Origin: Tubulanus polymorphus
Lineage: Eukaryota > Animalia > Nemertea
Length of the DNA: 64,000 bases
Assembly (NCBI RefSeq): GCF_964204645.1
Contig: NC_134034.1
Location: 5,182,914 to 5,246,913 of the forward strand
Direction of reading: 5' to 3'
Shown: one piece after another, positions 24,079 through 37,420 of the stretch
How the letters are laid out: every line of letters starts with the position of its first letter
How positions within the stretch are numbered: the first letter of the stretch is position 1
Program-made: the position numbers and the translations under genes
The notes under the pieces: generated by a model
The model's input: only the letters and a program-made list of their open reading frames with translations
Databases searched by the model: none
Told to the model about the DNA's origin: nothing

Positions 24079-27000
24079 TTACTCTTGGAAGGTTATGGCT
24101 GAATAAGTCATTCGACGAGAGTTAACTTGCGCAAGAATGTCTACTACTCTTCCGGGTCAATTTGTGTTTAACTGATATGAATCAATGCAAGTGCAGACAG
24201 CCGATCATGACCCATATTAGCTCGCATGTAGTTTGAAAGTCTCCTAATGACGCTAAAACTACGTTCGCATCCACAAGAAGACACAGGAATAGTACAGAGA
24301 ATCCGCAGAAGTTGGTGAATATTTGGATACAGAGCTTTTTCACAGCATTTCAAAGCCTATAAGTGTTAGGTAAGTCTTCCAATTTGTAACTACTGAATTT
24401 ATGTTTCCAGGCCTTAAACTCTCGTTGCATTAACTCTGGAGCTAGCAGGTCATCTTTATACTTCTCTACAGATAGTGATATGCCATCATAGTTGACGTTG
24501 TTTTTGACTAATACTTCTAGTACAATTTGCAACGCAGAAATTGCTATTTCTGTATTTCTACTGAACTGACTGTCCAGCTCACAGCAGATATGATCGACAA
24601 ACGGTATTGCCAGGTTGCGGCGATAATACTCTTCTGGCGTACCTGCAGGAGCATTTGCTCTATGTTGTTGTCTGCCTGCAACTCTTGGTAATTTTGCTTC
24701 TGAACTAACAGCTTTTGCCATTCTAATAGACTGCTGCATAGTCTGTGCAAACTGGTCATCCAATTTGTTCCTGATTTCGGCATATGTGGCACGGATTTCC
24801 GTCATCATATTATATGCCGCAACAATGTCAACAGCTCGAGATTGCAGGAGCACAGTTACAGACTCTAAGTGAGATAGAAATTGGTTACAGTAACGAATGT
24901 TACGATGAATTCGAAATCGATGATGGAATGAAGATATGATGTAGCATTCTTTTTTGTGATTCATTGTCCCACTGACCTGGCACTAAATCATTTGAGTAAC
25001 CTTCTTTCTTGTGCAGGTTGAGACCAATTATTTCCAAAGATGTCACAATGTATGTGAATGCCTGGTAGAAGTGGCGGTAACTGCTATGCCTTTCAGTCCA
25101 CCTTGTTTTGCATAGTGATAACAGAGGCAATCGGTTCGAGTAAGCATGTTCACAGTCTACTGATATAACATTTTTCAGCAGCTCGTGACGTTTCGGGCTG
25201 TTATTGAAAAACAGGAAAACTGCTTGCAGCTTGTCAATCATGTTTCGTACCCCAGCTATCTTTGATGAGTGTACTATAACCAAGTTTAAACAATGATTAT
25301 TACAGTGCACATAGTCCGCATTCGGTGCCTGTTGTTTGATCTGTGCCTGTACTCCGTGAAGATCACTGGACATAGCTACAGCCCCGTCATATGCTTGACC
25401 TCGCAGATTGTTGAAATCGAGTCCAATTTCATCCAAAAATCTCAATATCGTCTGTGCTATGTACAAACCTGCTGTTCTTAGTAACGGCAAGAAACCCAGG
25501 AATTCTTCACGCACACTACAACTTGAGTCGACAAATCTCACACAAAGTGAAAGTTCTTCTCTGTTGTGGCTGCTCACTTCGTCTGCCATTATTGCAAACA
25601 CCCCAGTATTGATTTCAGCTACCAGTTTAATGATAATGTTCTTTCCACTAATATCAATAATCTCATTTTGAATCTTTGATGATGTGTACTGGGTATTTTT
25701 TCTCTCTGGAGCTTGTAAATGATTTTTCAGATGTGCGTTGTTTTCCGATAAAAGTTTCATCAAAGCCAAAAAGTTACCAGGATTTGCATTACAGTTGACC
25801 CGTTGGGAGAGTGTCTCATTTCGGAAACCCCGCAAGGCAATACACTGTTTAGCACAGTACAAAACGGCTCTGACAATGAATCCAATAATAAATCGATTTT
25901 TCCTCAGAAGTTCTGCCCGCTTTTCATCAAACTGAGCTGCTATTGTAACGGATTTTCCATTCCACAGATAAAATTGATTGCCTTGACAGTGGCATCTTTA
26001 TGCCCTCCACGTGCATCATGTTTTAGAAATTCATCAGAGCATTTTGTCCATTTAATAAATGGCTTGGTCACCAGTACCCCTCTCATTTTGAAGTTTGGAG
26101 CAAAAAGAGCACAGTTTATGCAGAAAACACCATGAACAATGTTACCATAAACAAGCCACTCATATTTGCGAAGCCATCCAAGACTGAATGCTCTGTTGCA
26201 GCCATTCATGAGAACAGTTGGAAATCTGTAATTCTCAGTTGGCTTAAAATGATTAGCCAACAGGGCATACTTCGCACCATCAGACAGTTGAGAAAGTGCA
26301 TTTGTAATTTCGTCAACCGACTTTGTGGCATCGATGAACTTCCCTATATCACCTGTAAAGAGTAAAGATAAAGAACTGTTGGGCTAGTAGCAATTCAAAG
26401 ATTTAGTGCCCATACCCATTAGGGTGCCCTTTGGGTAAAAAATTAAAAGAATTACTACCTAATTATTACCTAATTAATTTGGTATTGATAAGATTAAATT
26501 TTTGCTGAAATTTTACCAGTCACAGCAAAGCTTAAAGATGCCACATGCAATAATTAATGTTCTCTAGATATTTACATTGTACCTGGATTTCTGTTTCGCC
26601 AAAAGTTGATTCTTTGTCACCCTGAATCATTAAGTCAGGGGTGGGTTGTCGGTTTCTCTGATTTTACACCATCTCTGACGGGTTCCTTCATCTAATTCTG
26701 GAATGATCTCATCTATCAAGCCAGTGTTGTTTTTAACATAAGATATAATATCAGCATCTGAAATTGAAGAAAGATAATATTTATACATTGAGTGTTCAAT
26801 AATACGTTACTATATAATTTTTCCAATGTATTTAGGGTCGTTTCAGAAGGAAACTATAATAATCTAGGGCCATCCATTCTTCCTATAACCCACAAAAATG
26901 ACATTTTGTTTATCAGAATCGTGTGATATTTACAGATAATAGGTTACGCAATAAAAATCGACCAATTCGTATTCAGAATAGCAAGAAAACGTGGTTAGGC

Positions 27001-27865
27001 GTACTAACCTGAAAAACCTGCTGTTGAAACATTCTGTTCTGGTTGTTGAAGATCGAAAATAGCGTTGAGATCAATGTTTGTCTGCTGTGTTGGTGCAATA
27101 GTAGGATCAGCAACATCAGATGATTGTGGTTGATTATCAGAAGACGATCCTTTACTGTAATTTTGAATAAACGAGAATTATTTAAAAAAATCCAAGAAGC
27201 TGACTCCTAATTTTTTATGACAATAATGGGCTTCTGGTTTAGTATTTGCTTGACTTGTGTGCATCTAGTTGAATAAGAAAGGCACAGTTTACCAATGACG
27301 TGTAAAATATTTGGTAGAAATGGCTAGCATTAAAACGGATCTTTTCCGGGCCAAAAGTGGCATGAAAAGCCAAAACAAAATGTCACCTCTGGGTCAGGAA
27401 TCACTCACAAGGGCCAAGTCATCATCATATTGCGCATATCAAGCACACACGAAAAAGAGCACATCCGGGTCAGATTCCAGTATCTTATGAAACATGTTCA
27501 CAGAAAAAAGGGCATCTATTTAAAAAATTCGGGCAATTTTACCATGTTTCAGATATTCACCACAATGATCCATCTCACATCAAATATTATCTTGTCTCAT
27601 TTAAAAATGGACATTTTTGACAACAAATAACAATACAAGGACATTATAATGACTTAACGCCTAAAACAATTTAGACCGCCGATGATCGCGGACACGTGGC
27701 GTTTGATAAAAAACACACAGACTATCACTAGCAATTGAAGTTAGTGTATAAAAAAGCGTCTTTTTTGCAAACTTACCTAAAATATTTGCTGATCTTTTCA
27801 CATTTGGCTGCTTCTTCGACTTGTTCTCTTGCTTTACGCTTAATCAAGCGACCTTTAGTCGGCAT
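24079..27865 (-). pseudogene. TTF-zinc-finger/DUF4371 hAT transposase (PRKRIR/ZMYM1-like), 4 exons, disrupted
   Basis: Exons 27777-27865, 27009-27154, 26583-26757 and 24079-26352. WLVY..VFCINCALF, IALRG, GNFLAL, MADE, QAYDG, HCxxHCLNL, TRW and dimerisation motif CERSFS...RLSALALIHI. Stops and a frameshift. Confidence 0.9.
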
Positions 27866-29928
27866 TTTTATCTTAAAATGTTCTTAAACGCAGCTAAACA
27901 TAATTCCGATTGAGCTAACAATCGGCGACACTCATTCTGTACCGCGGAACTGCTGCGGAACGACATCAGGACTGTGGAGCGGACAGGAAACGGCGGGTGT
28001 ATTGTACGGAACTTGTACGGAGGTTTTGCGAAGCAGCGCCGGGTCTGTTCTACCAGGTACCCGGTTCGTTGTACCTTTGAGTAATCATTTGAAATGACTA
28101 CTCCAATGTTGTACGGAGGTTTTGCGAAGGGCACTTTCTAAAAAAGGGGGGTTCGTTCGAACCCTGGAACCCCCCTCGGCACATGCATGGCTGTACGAAA
28201 ACGGTTATAGTGGGATTCTAACCCAATAGCTTATGATAAACTACACACCTAAGTCCTCGAAATACCAAACAGAAATGAACGTTCTCCTATTTCAATTTCG
28301 CGAGTATTTCGAGTTTGAATATGACAAATCTGAGCGCTCACTTAAATCCATGTAAGTTTGGGTGAATTTCCGGGGGGGGGGGGGAGGACAAAACGACACG
28401 ATTTTGGTGGCCTACCTCATCAAATCATACATCATATGAAAGCTATTTACTACAAAATAAAACTAACTTGTAGCGCATGGAAATAAACAGCTAATGAGCT
28501 ATTCAGTATCGTGATGAACTTAGATTCTACCTGGAAGGAGGAGTAATTGACACTACATAGTGCAATTCCTGAGTGATAACGGGTTTAAAAAGGCCCTTGC
28601 AAAATTAGTTACGTTCCATTACGTCTCTGGAATTTATTCCTGTTTAATCAAGATACATTATCTTCGTATTGTCTTCTCTCGCTCTTTTAATTCTTGTCAG
28701 ATATTTTCGTCTTTGTATAAAGATATCTCTTCGGCCATTGCTGAATCAATGACATGATATAAGAATGGTTATTGCTTGGATTACGGATTTGATGTTGAAA
28801 TTTTCAGAGACAGGCAAAAAAGTATATCTTCCGTATTCCTTCCACATCTGGAGCAAACATTCAGTTTTTGTTTAGACGTAACCTGAATTATACTTTAAAA
28901 AGCTTCATATCAAGGGTATGTCGTAGGACTCTTGATGCCCATGAATTATCATCCCATAATAACAATGAATCCAATTATGCATGAACGTTAGCATGACTGA
29001 TTACTAATCCAAATACTTTAAACATGGCATTAGAAAAAAAAACAATTACACAAAGCGTCAAGTACTTACAGCATCTTGCAAACAAGTTACGGCTTTGACT
29101 GCAAATGACAAGAAAGCTTGATTTGAAACGTACACTTGCACACTGTGGTTTAAATATATTCCCACCAGCTGCAAGAATCCGAAAAGGAAATAAAGACCGT
29201 AGTGACCAGTTCATTCCACGAATAATAGCTGGAAGAAAGTAATCGAAATAAATAGTCATATACATGGGTGCAAACCAGTCCCTAGCTGACTACTTAGGCT
29301 TCCCCCTGGCTTTACACGCTATATTAAGGGCCTATATCTATTCTTGGCGTATCCCCCAAAAAGCTAGGCATCTAGTAGGTAGCCAACTATGATCATTCTT
29401 TCGCCGAGTACTCATTTGCTACCATATGTACTCTATCATAGCACCACCCAGTGGAAAGGTGGCCTTAACTGCAGTTAGACCAAGAAATCATGTCTAACAT
29501 TCCCTGGTTAATGGATTCTCACCTTTCAAATTACATGAACTCTGCTGTCGTTGTCATCGATCCGAGTCGTCAAGTGAACGCGGAAGTAAAATTCCATATG
29601 AAAACCCCTTGAGCCAGAAATCGTCAGGAAATGTAGCCAACGTAATTTTACCAACGTAAATTGATTTACGAATTGAATTAATCACATGACTCATTTTAGG
29701 GATTATAGTTCATTAAAGTTCTAAAACTCGCCAAAAATTTGCGATGAATCTAAGCCGAAATTATTTCAACCATCCGCCATGTTGTTTCATTAATAAGACA
29801 CTTGTTGCGCACGGGCTGTGTATTGTTCGCAGTAAATGTCGGATCCGGACTAATTGTAAGTCTGTATCCTTGATTTACGGTTGAGTTTGACGCTCGAGGT
29901 CATCCGGTAATTTGTAGGCTTTTGTAGG

Positions 29929-30544
29929 CATACATGTGACCTGAAGGGATTTATTGCTTGGGATTCCATCACTTATTAATTTATGATAATATTGATAATA
30001 GTGCTTTATTGGTGATCTAAAACTTTACAGTATGTATTCAAATAGTTCAATAAAACATGTCTTTTATCGGATTAACAGAGATATATTCTTATCTCTTTTT
30101 AATGTCAACTCATCAGCGATCATAAGATTGAGTTCTTTATAGAACATATCAAGATCTTTAATGATTTGATATTATCAAAATGCTTCACGAATGCATGGTG
30201 AAATCAATTAGCATTTTTTGAGTTCAAGTGGTTTAATTCAGTTTCAAAGCTGGATCACATCAAAAACATTGTATAAGTACATATACACATAAGTGCCATA
30301 AGCCAACGGGTACGATTAGTTCATGCAACTCCCAACGGAACTATCAAAGCGTCAAACAATTAAGGTACACCAGTAGTTTTTACGTGGTAGCCCTTGTGGA
30401 TCCACATATCTCGTCGCGCTCCTTCAAAATAGTCTATGTTATAAACTGATAAGAGTTATTTTGGTGAAATCTTTGTGCGCTTCCCAGTGCGACATTTAAA
30501 CCAGCAAGGCAGAAACCCGTCGTTGCTGCTTTGCAGCTATATTT
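29929..30544 (+). repeat. Dispersed ~615-bp repeat, copy A; 3' end resembles a non-autonomous Helentron (HINE/DINE-like)
   Basis: Diverged inverted copy at 49713-50329. Both copies end at AACCC(G)...GCTGCTTTGCAGC-TATATTT (short hairpin followed by Ts). The repeat is directly seen; the family call is tentative. Confidence 0.65.
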
Positions 30545-31142
30545 TCAATTGTTGAAAATTGAACTAAAAGCGAAAATATCCGAACCGAATTACACCAATA
30601 AAAGGTCTACATTACTTACATACATATAAGACAAGATACGACAAGATACGATTAACTAGTCACATTTTAAAGGTATACCACTTAAATTACCACAGTTCAA
30701 TAATTACATAAAGTACGCGCAATTTAATTTTTATAATCTTACAGGGATCCAGAGTTTAACTTTTCGCGGATGATACTACAAAATAGACAATGAACTTCTG
30801 CGGCAGAAGTGGACTCAATGGCGATAACGCTGTCGAACATCTCATGTCTGTGAATTATCTTCTGTCGAGGATCGGGCAACCTGGCTGTTGACTCAAGTGG
30901 GATGAGTTTGCATTGTGATTAAGTCTTCTTTACAGGTTCGCCTGTTGGTGTAATTTATGTAACGGGTGGTACATGTACAATGTTCTTAGATTTCGGAGTT
31001 TCTGTCCGTAGGAAAATTCTTCGGCTCATCGAAAAATGAGAGTTTCGTTAATTCTTCGGTTGACGGAAGATCTGCCATTTATTACATCTACAGGTGTGTG
31101 TTTTTCTATCTTAACAGCCTTGGGAGAAGTGGAGTTCGCATC

Positions 31143-34100
31143 TTAAGTAAATTTCTGTTTTACGCTTTTTATCTTTTCCGTTGCTTTTATTAGCCCACGA
31201 GGACGATCATTTTCATTGTCTTCCACGTGGAGGAATGTTTCATTTCGATATGATGTACTATGATGTACTAGCAAATCGCTATCATCCATTACTCTCTCAC
31301 ATAATAAGCATGCGAACACTAAGACTCTGTTTTCTTTATTCATCTCTTCAGCTCGTCTTTGACAAATATGCAAATGACGTCTTTTGTTCATTTCTTCGCT
31401 GAAAATGTTTTGGCAGGTGTGGCACCTCCAGCCATCCCCTTTTCGCGGTGTCGTGTAAATGGGTCGTCTGGGCTTCACTACGCTTTGAAGTCATGTTCCC
31501 ACACTACCTTTGTAATAAAATTCCCAACTTTTTCCCAAATATTTCCCAAATCAATTCTCATTATTCCCAAATGCAAACGTCAGCAGATAATAGGCGGAAT
31601 ACTTATCATTTTGCATTCGGAGTTATGCAGAGAGAGCTAGATCCTCAGTGTGCTATTCGCCAAAACAGGATTTCCTTCATGACTTGGGCAAGTCCTTTTT
31701 GTTACCTTCGTTGGAGGAAATAGTTAGTATAGAGGTAGGTCGGACAATATTTTGAAGAAACTTCCAAGACAATGAACTCAAAAACAGCCTAGCGGAATTC
31801 TTATCAATCATATACTTGACTGAGAGTAGATTTATAATTATCATTTTATTACACAAAATACAAAAGCAAACCAAAATGAATTAATTTTTTCTCATTCTAG
31901 CTCATGTATAGGTTATGCTGCACAGTACTTGAAGCCAGCCAATCGGAGAACATCAGGAATTACTTGCCTAGTTTAAAGCCGTTTAAGCTCCTTACTTTTA
32001 GATTCAAGATCAAGTTCAGCATTCTCAAATTCAACTGTCTTCTCCTTTACTTTCTGCCTAAGTGCATTTCCCTTGGAAAGATGGGTCATAGACTGTAAGT
32101 GTTCAGCTTGTTTTAGCGCCTTGTCAGCATCTTCATTCAAAGCACTGACAACAGTTTCAATTTTCCTGACCTTTTTGCGCATACAATCAACTTCACTTTG
32201 CAACATTTTACGTTTCTGTAACTTCGCTTCGTCTTTCTCTTTTTTCCTATTCGATTCAAGATAGCTTCGATACTGTTGTGACCCAGAGACAGCAGCTTTA
32301 ATCATCATATTTGTTAGAGTTATTTTCTCAATACCTCCAACTGATGCAATATAATCCTTTACAACTCTAAGGGCCACTAAGTTGTGCTCAGACAAATTTG
32401 TATCTACAACCTCTTTGTTTATGGAAAAGCCCCTTTCCACAGCTGCTTGACCGTGGGACAAAAGTAATAGCACTCTTATAACTGGCCACTGTTTCTTAAA
32501 CTCCCTATGCCCATCATCATACAGCACCTGATAGAAGAGCTCATCATGACGATCAGTTTCCCGACTGAATTTAACAACCAGGTCAAGACGTTTTGCCTTT
32601 TCCAGAAACAACCTGAATTCATCTGCAATATCATCACACTGGCGAGGATCAACTAGTTTAACAGAATGCAGCTCTTGCAGCACTTTCTTAAATTTTTCAA
32701 AACATGCTGCTCTGTCCTTTACCATTTTTTCTGGCTGTAAACAAGTGAGGTAGCGCACTAAACTGTACTTCAGTGGGCATTTAACCATCAACTTCTCAAG
32801 GAAAGAAGAGCACATGGCCCGGCACTTATGCTTAAAATCTGCTACACGCAACTCACTTTATTTGGCAAATTCAACAACTGCTCTTGTGCCAAAAACCCAA
32901 TGTAAACATTTTTAACATGAGTCATTACAATCCACCATATCTAAACATCTCCAAATCTCAGCAGTCGATACATCAGATTTCTGTACTAGAACTGAACGTG
33001 GAGACGAAGTGGTAATAATTGGCGCGTGACTAACTGCTGTTGTGGTTTGCTTGGTGAAAAAACCAGTTATATTTTGACCGGTTTTGTTTTTATCTCTGTG
33101 AATTTTAAAATATTGTATATGTTTTTTTTTCCTTCTGAATGTGACTTTAGTGCCTGGCGACCCATCGATGCGATGCTAAACGTAGTCTTACAAAGTTTAC
33201 ATTTAGCAACACATTGGTCGTGAATCCTCTTCTAACCAGTCCTTGAAATCATCGGTTGTTATCCATGTCGGCTGAAACTTGCAAGGCATTTTCGCTGGAA
33301 TTAGAAAAAAATATAAACCGATGTTGAGCAAATGTATGAGAATGCAAACCACTGGATACAGTCTGCACTCTACCAAAATTGCAGAGAACCCATGTGATAG
33401 ATACATGGGGAACACCGTAACAAATCTAATTAAAACTAACCACGTTACCTTGAAAAGGCAACATGATTAATTATAACTAGTTTGAAAGAGTTCACAGACT
33501 GATCCTAAAGGCCAACTGCTAGCTGTGCCCAAAAATGGGCCTAGGGCTAGTCTGACTGATGGCCACGTGGAACAGTGAAAAGATTTAGCCGCCTGTTATC
33601 CATTTTGAAATTACTACCTAAAATATATAATTTATGAAAGTTAAACTATTTTGAAAACAACTAGGTCTACAACCATAATTTAATTGAGAAGAAAGGCAGC
33701 TGAGGCACAAATTTGCAAGAACTATTTCAACGGGTTTTCAAAAACGCGATTTACATAGTTAAGTTTCGATATCACTTATGAAAATAAAATGACAATTATG
33801 GGCCACCGTACTTTGCCGTTAATTCAATATTTTACCGCCAAACCATCAACACGTGTTGTTTGTGTAAAGCACCTCCACTGAATATTTAGGTAGAACAAAT
33901 ATATAATATCCCTTGAAATATTGGGTTTCAGCAATGCCTAGGTCTAACTAGCTGGTTTCAAATAAGCTGGGCCCTGCCTAATTTCCGAGGCCACACAATA
34001 CATGTATTATTTATAGTTACAGAGGGAACTAGAAGAAATATTTACTGGTGACATTTTTGGTGCAATGTTACACTGATGATGTCGAAAAAATATTATCAGT

Positions 34101-34771
34101 AACAAAAAAATATATAACTGAAAATAAATCGTAGGCCAGAAATAAATTGTCTTACTGGAATAATCATACACATGTTAATACGGACCCAGCGTGTAAGCTT
34201 ATATCAATTATTGTGTGATGAAGACGTAGTATCACTTCACACACACAAAAAATCAATACTGTGCCATTCATTCATCATTACACCTGCTGTACTGGGATTG
34301 TTTTCACACAAGCACGACGGCGCTTCTTATCAACAAACACATTTTTGAAAATGCCTACCAGTGGAGACAAGTGCTTGATTGTAACCTCAATCTTTCATCA
34401 TAATATTGCTACTAGAATGTAAATAAATTTGATCATCTATTTTGAATAAGAAGATTGTATTTACCTGTAACTTGACGCCGACGAACAGACACGCAGAATT
34501 ATGGGTTAAGACGATAACAGGCAGTGTAAACAAAAGCACGTGGAACATCGTTAGTTCACGCCGCAAAACATATACTCGCGAAAATACTAACCCGGCTGGA
34601 ATCAGTCTCTGGGAATCGTAGAATTACTTTTCATTTTTAAAGGACTGGCCATTTTTCCCAACTTTTTCCCGATTTCGTGGGATTTTTTAAATTCCCCAAT
34701 TATTTCCCAACCGGGAAATCTAATTTTAAAATTCCCGGTAGTGTGGGAACCATGTGAAGTGAGCACTTCAT
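31143..34771 (-). pseudogene. Zinc-finger ORF downstream of Gypsy pol, split by the hATx insertion
   Basis: Removing 31492-34760 joins ATG(34771) AAG TGC TCA CTT CAA AGC GTA GTG in frame to ORF 31143-31478, which contains CHTC-x12-H-x3-C and CLLC-x11-HH. Confidence 0.6.
31492..34754 (-). mobile_element. hATx-like transposon, internal deletion derivative
   Basis: TIR CATG(G)TTCCCACACTACC. 6-bp TSD TGAAGT at 31486-31491 and 34755-34760. N-terminal zinc finger from ATG 33289 (KCKLCKTTFSIASMGRQALKSHSEGKK) and C-terminal LSHGQAAVERGFSINK (31973-32851); the catalytic core is missing. Confidence 0.88.
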
Positions 34772-34821
34772 TGTCTGAAAGATATGAAACAAAAAGGCTT
34801 CGTCTTAGTTTAAGAACACAT

Positions 34822-37420
34822 CTAAGAAGTGCAGTAACAAAAGAACTCTGGTGACTTAATACGTCTTCCGGATCTTGTATGGTTGGAATTATCTACTGGT
34901 TTGTCTACCGGGTATCTGTACATTGCCCTAGATAGATTTTCAGTATACGGTGTACATGTGGTTTGATGAATATCTAGTAACCTACACAGTTCTTTCAACA
35001 AGCGAAATTGAAAATTTCGTCCTTGATCAGTGTGTAAATATTCTTGGAGAACCAAACCGTGAAATGAATTCGTCTACTAGCTTCTTCGCCAATGTATCGG
35101 CTTCCCTGTCAGAGCAAATGCTTCGACCCGTAGTCGCTTACAACAAATAACCATCATTTATCTCTGGTAAAAAGCCTAAAATAGCAAGAGCAATTCGTTC
35201 AAACGTTTCGCCTACGTTGTATTATATTATACATAACGTCTGTGCAGAAGTAGCAGTTGCATGAACTTGTCTTAAGACTTCTTTTCGGTACTCAGAAGAT
35301 TAGAATAAATGTCAAAAGAAATGGAAGCGGCCTCAAAACGAAAGAGATCGCCGGATTTTTCGACCGTTGTGAGAGATGTTCCAGTCGATCTTATGACTAG
35401 ACATCACGATATCCTTTTTGCAAAACACAGTAATGATATCACAAGCCAGAGAAAAAATGGGCATTGAAGAAATGTGTAACACAAAAGCTTGCATCCTACG
35501 AAGCTGCAGTGCGCCGAGAACAGGGGAAGACAGAGGATGCTTGAATTCCGCCAGAGCCAAAATGGTGAGTGAGGAATATGAGATGAAGATAGAACCAGTG
35601 TTAACCAGGGAAACTGTGCCAGGTAATTTAAGCGTCTACTATTCATTCACTTTAAGCAAAGATAATTGATGACACTATTAGGTTGGCCTAAACACGGATA
35701 AGCCTCTAACCATGGTTAGGCAAACAGGGTTTTCCTAAGCCCGCCCCAAGTAATAGTTGAAATATTTCACAAAAGCTACAACTGCCAATAACTCTCTTCG
35801 AGTAACACAGTACTTTCTGTTTTTGATGAACAGCGACTCCCACAAAGCAATTATCCTCTCTATTCCATCTTGTATTTGGCTAACCTACGTCACCTATTGT
35901 TAAGGCCGAAGCATCTCTGTCTTATACAAAAGGGAGGTCCAGATCGGGAAATGCTAATAAAGACGCATTTATAAGCATCTTCTTAAGAATTTGAAACGCG
36001 TCTTCGCATTCAGTCGACCAGGTAAAAGGTTTTCCTTTCTCAGTTAGTCCATGCGAAGGTTTAGCAACGCTTGCAAAACCTTCACAAAATGAACGATAGT
36101 AAGAAGCCAATTCTAAGAAGGATCTAATTTTGGTAACGTTTTTGGGAGTCGGCCAATTCTTAGCCGCTCTACTTCTATCGTCGCTACAGATAATTCCTTT
36201 GGAAGAAATGGTGTGTCCCAGGAAACGAACTAATGTTTAAAAAAATCGCATTTCTTGGGTTTGAGTTTCAACCCAGCCATCCTTATACGATCAAAAACTA
36301 TCCGAAGATCCTGTACCATTGACGCAAAACTATTAGCACGGACTAAAACATCTAATTAGGCAAACGTTAATTCAGGAAATAAACCGCTGAAGATTTTTAC
36401 CATTAATCTCTGAAATGTAGCTCCACTATTCTTTAACCCCATCGGCATTTTTCGAAATTGAAAGAGTCCCTTGCCTCCTACTACAAAAGCCGTTTTCTCT
36501 TTCGAGTCTTCGTGCACCCTCACTTGCCAGAAGCCCGAAACTAAGTTCATCGTACTGAAATGTTTTACGCTCAATGATATATAGTATCGTCGATCCTCGG
36601 AAGTGGATAACTGTCTGCTCTGGTTACTTCGTTAACTTCTCTGTAATCGAGACATAGCCGGATAGTATTATCGGATTTCCTGACTACAACAATACTACTG
36701 CACTGAGGACTTTCAGATTTCTAAATGACTTTTGCTTCTCGTCAATTAATTTGTTAACTTCTGTTGGTGTTGCTATTGGTAATATCCTAAACCGTTGTTT
36801 GATAGGTGGCACCTGTCCAACTTCAATGTAATGAGTAACCCCCTCTCGCTTCGCCAAGATCGAGATTGGTTCTCGCAAAAATATCTGAATATTCGGTCAG
36901 TAAGCTTTTTACTACAAATGACTCAGATTCATCGAGTTCTGCGCAACTAAGATTATATAAGTCTTCTAAAAATTCTGGTATGTCTTCCTTCGATTTCGAG
37001 GTATTTTCATTCTCCTTTGAGTGATAACCGCTTTTATTTCATTCAATGCCCCTAATGGAGTTTCACTATACACTACCCTTGGTTTGTCACTTAGATTCGT
37101 CGCTCTAATAGCGTAGGACTTCTTGTTCAAATCTACTAATTCTTTAGCAACGGAAAGATCTGTGCCAAGTTTCCAACTATTTGACGTTTCTAAAATGGCT
37201 CACTTGCCATCAGGTCGAATCGAGTTGATATGCGAGGTAATTATCACCTCCGACATGGCGGGAATAACATCTTTCTTCAAGCTTCTGACTTCTGACTTAG
37301 GTTAGTTCATCTTTCGTTTATCATCTGACCTTGGTATATCTGGCAGTTATAAGGGTTAAAAGTCAATCCCTTATATGGTGTCGTCTGATATATCGGCTAT
37401 TAGGACATCCCATTTAATAG
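34822..37420 (-). pseudogene. Ty3/Gypsy pol remnant (protease tail, RT, RNase H, integrase)
   Basis: [51 protein letters not shown] and HTDQGRNF. Heavily frameshifted with internal deletions; LTRs not identified. Confidence 0.88.

Larger units (their letters stand above)
21154..28189 (-). mobile_element. hAT transposon with 5-bp TSD (hAT5-like)
   Basis: Ends CATACCACGTGCCGAG ... CTCGGCACATGCATG. TSD GCTGT at 21149-21153 and 28190-28194. Encloses the hAT transposase gene. Confidence 0.72.
21101..28583. mobile_element. piggyBac-like MITE (about 440 bp when empty) split by a hAT insertion
   Basis: TTAA|CCCATTAGCACTCAAG ... CCTGAGTGATAACGGG|TTTAA: imperfect 16-bp TIR with CCC/GGG ends and a TTAA-like target. 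Confidence 0.55.
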
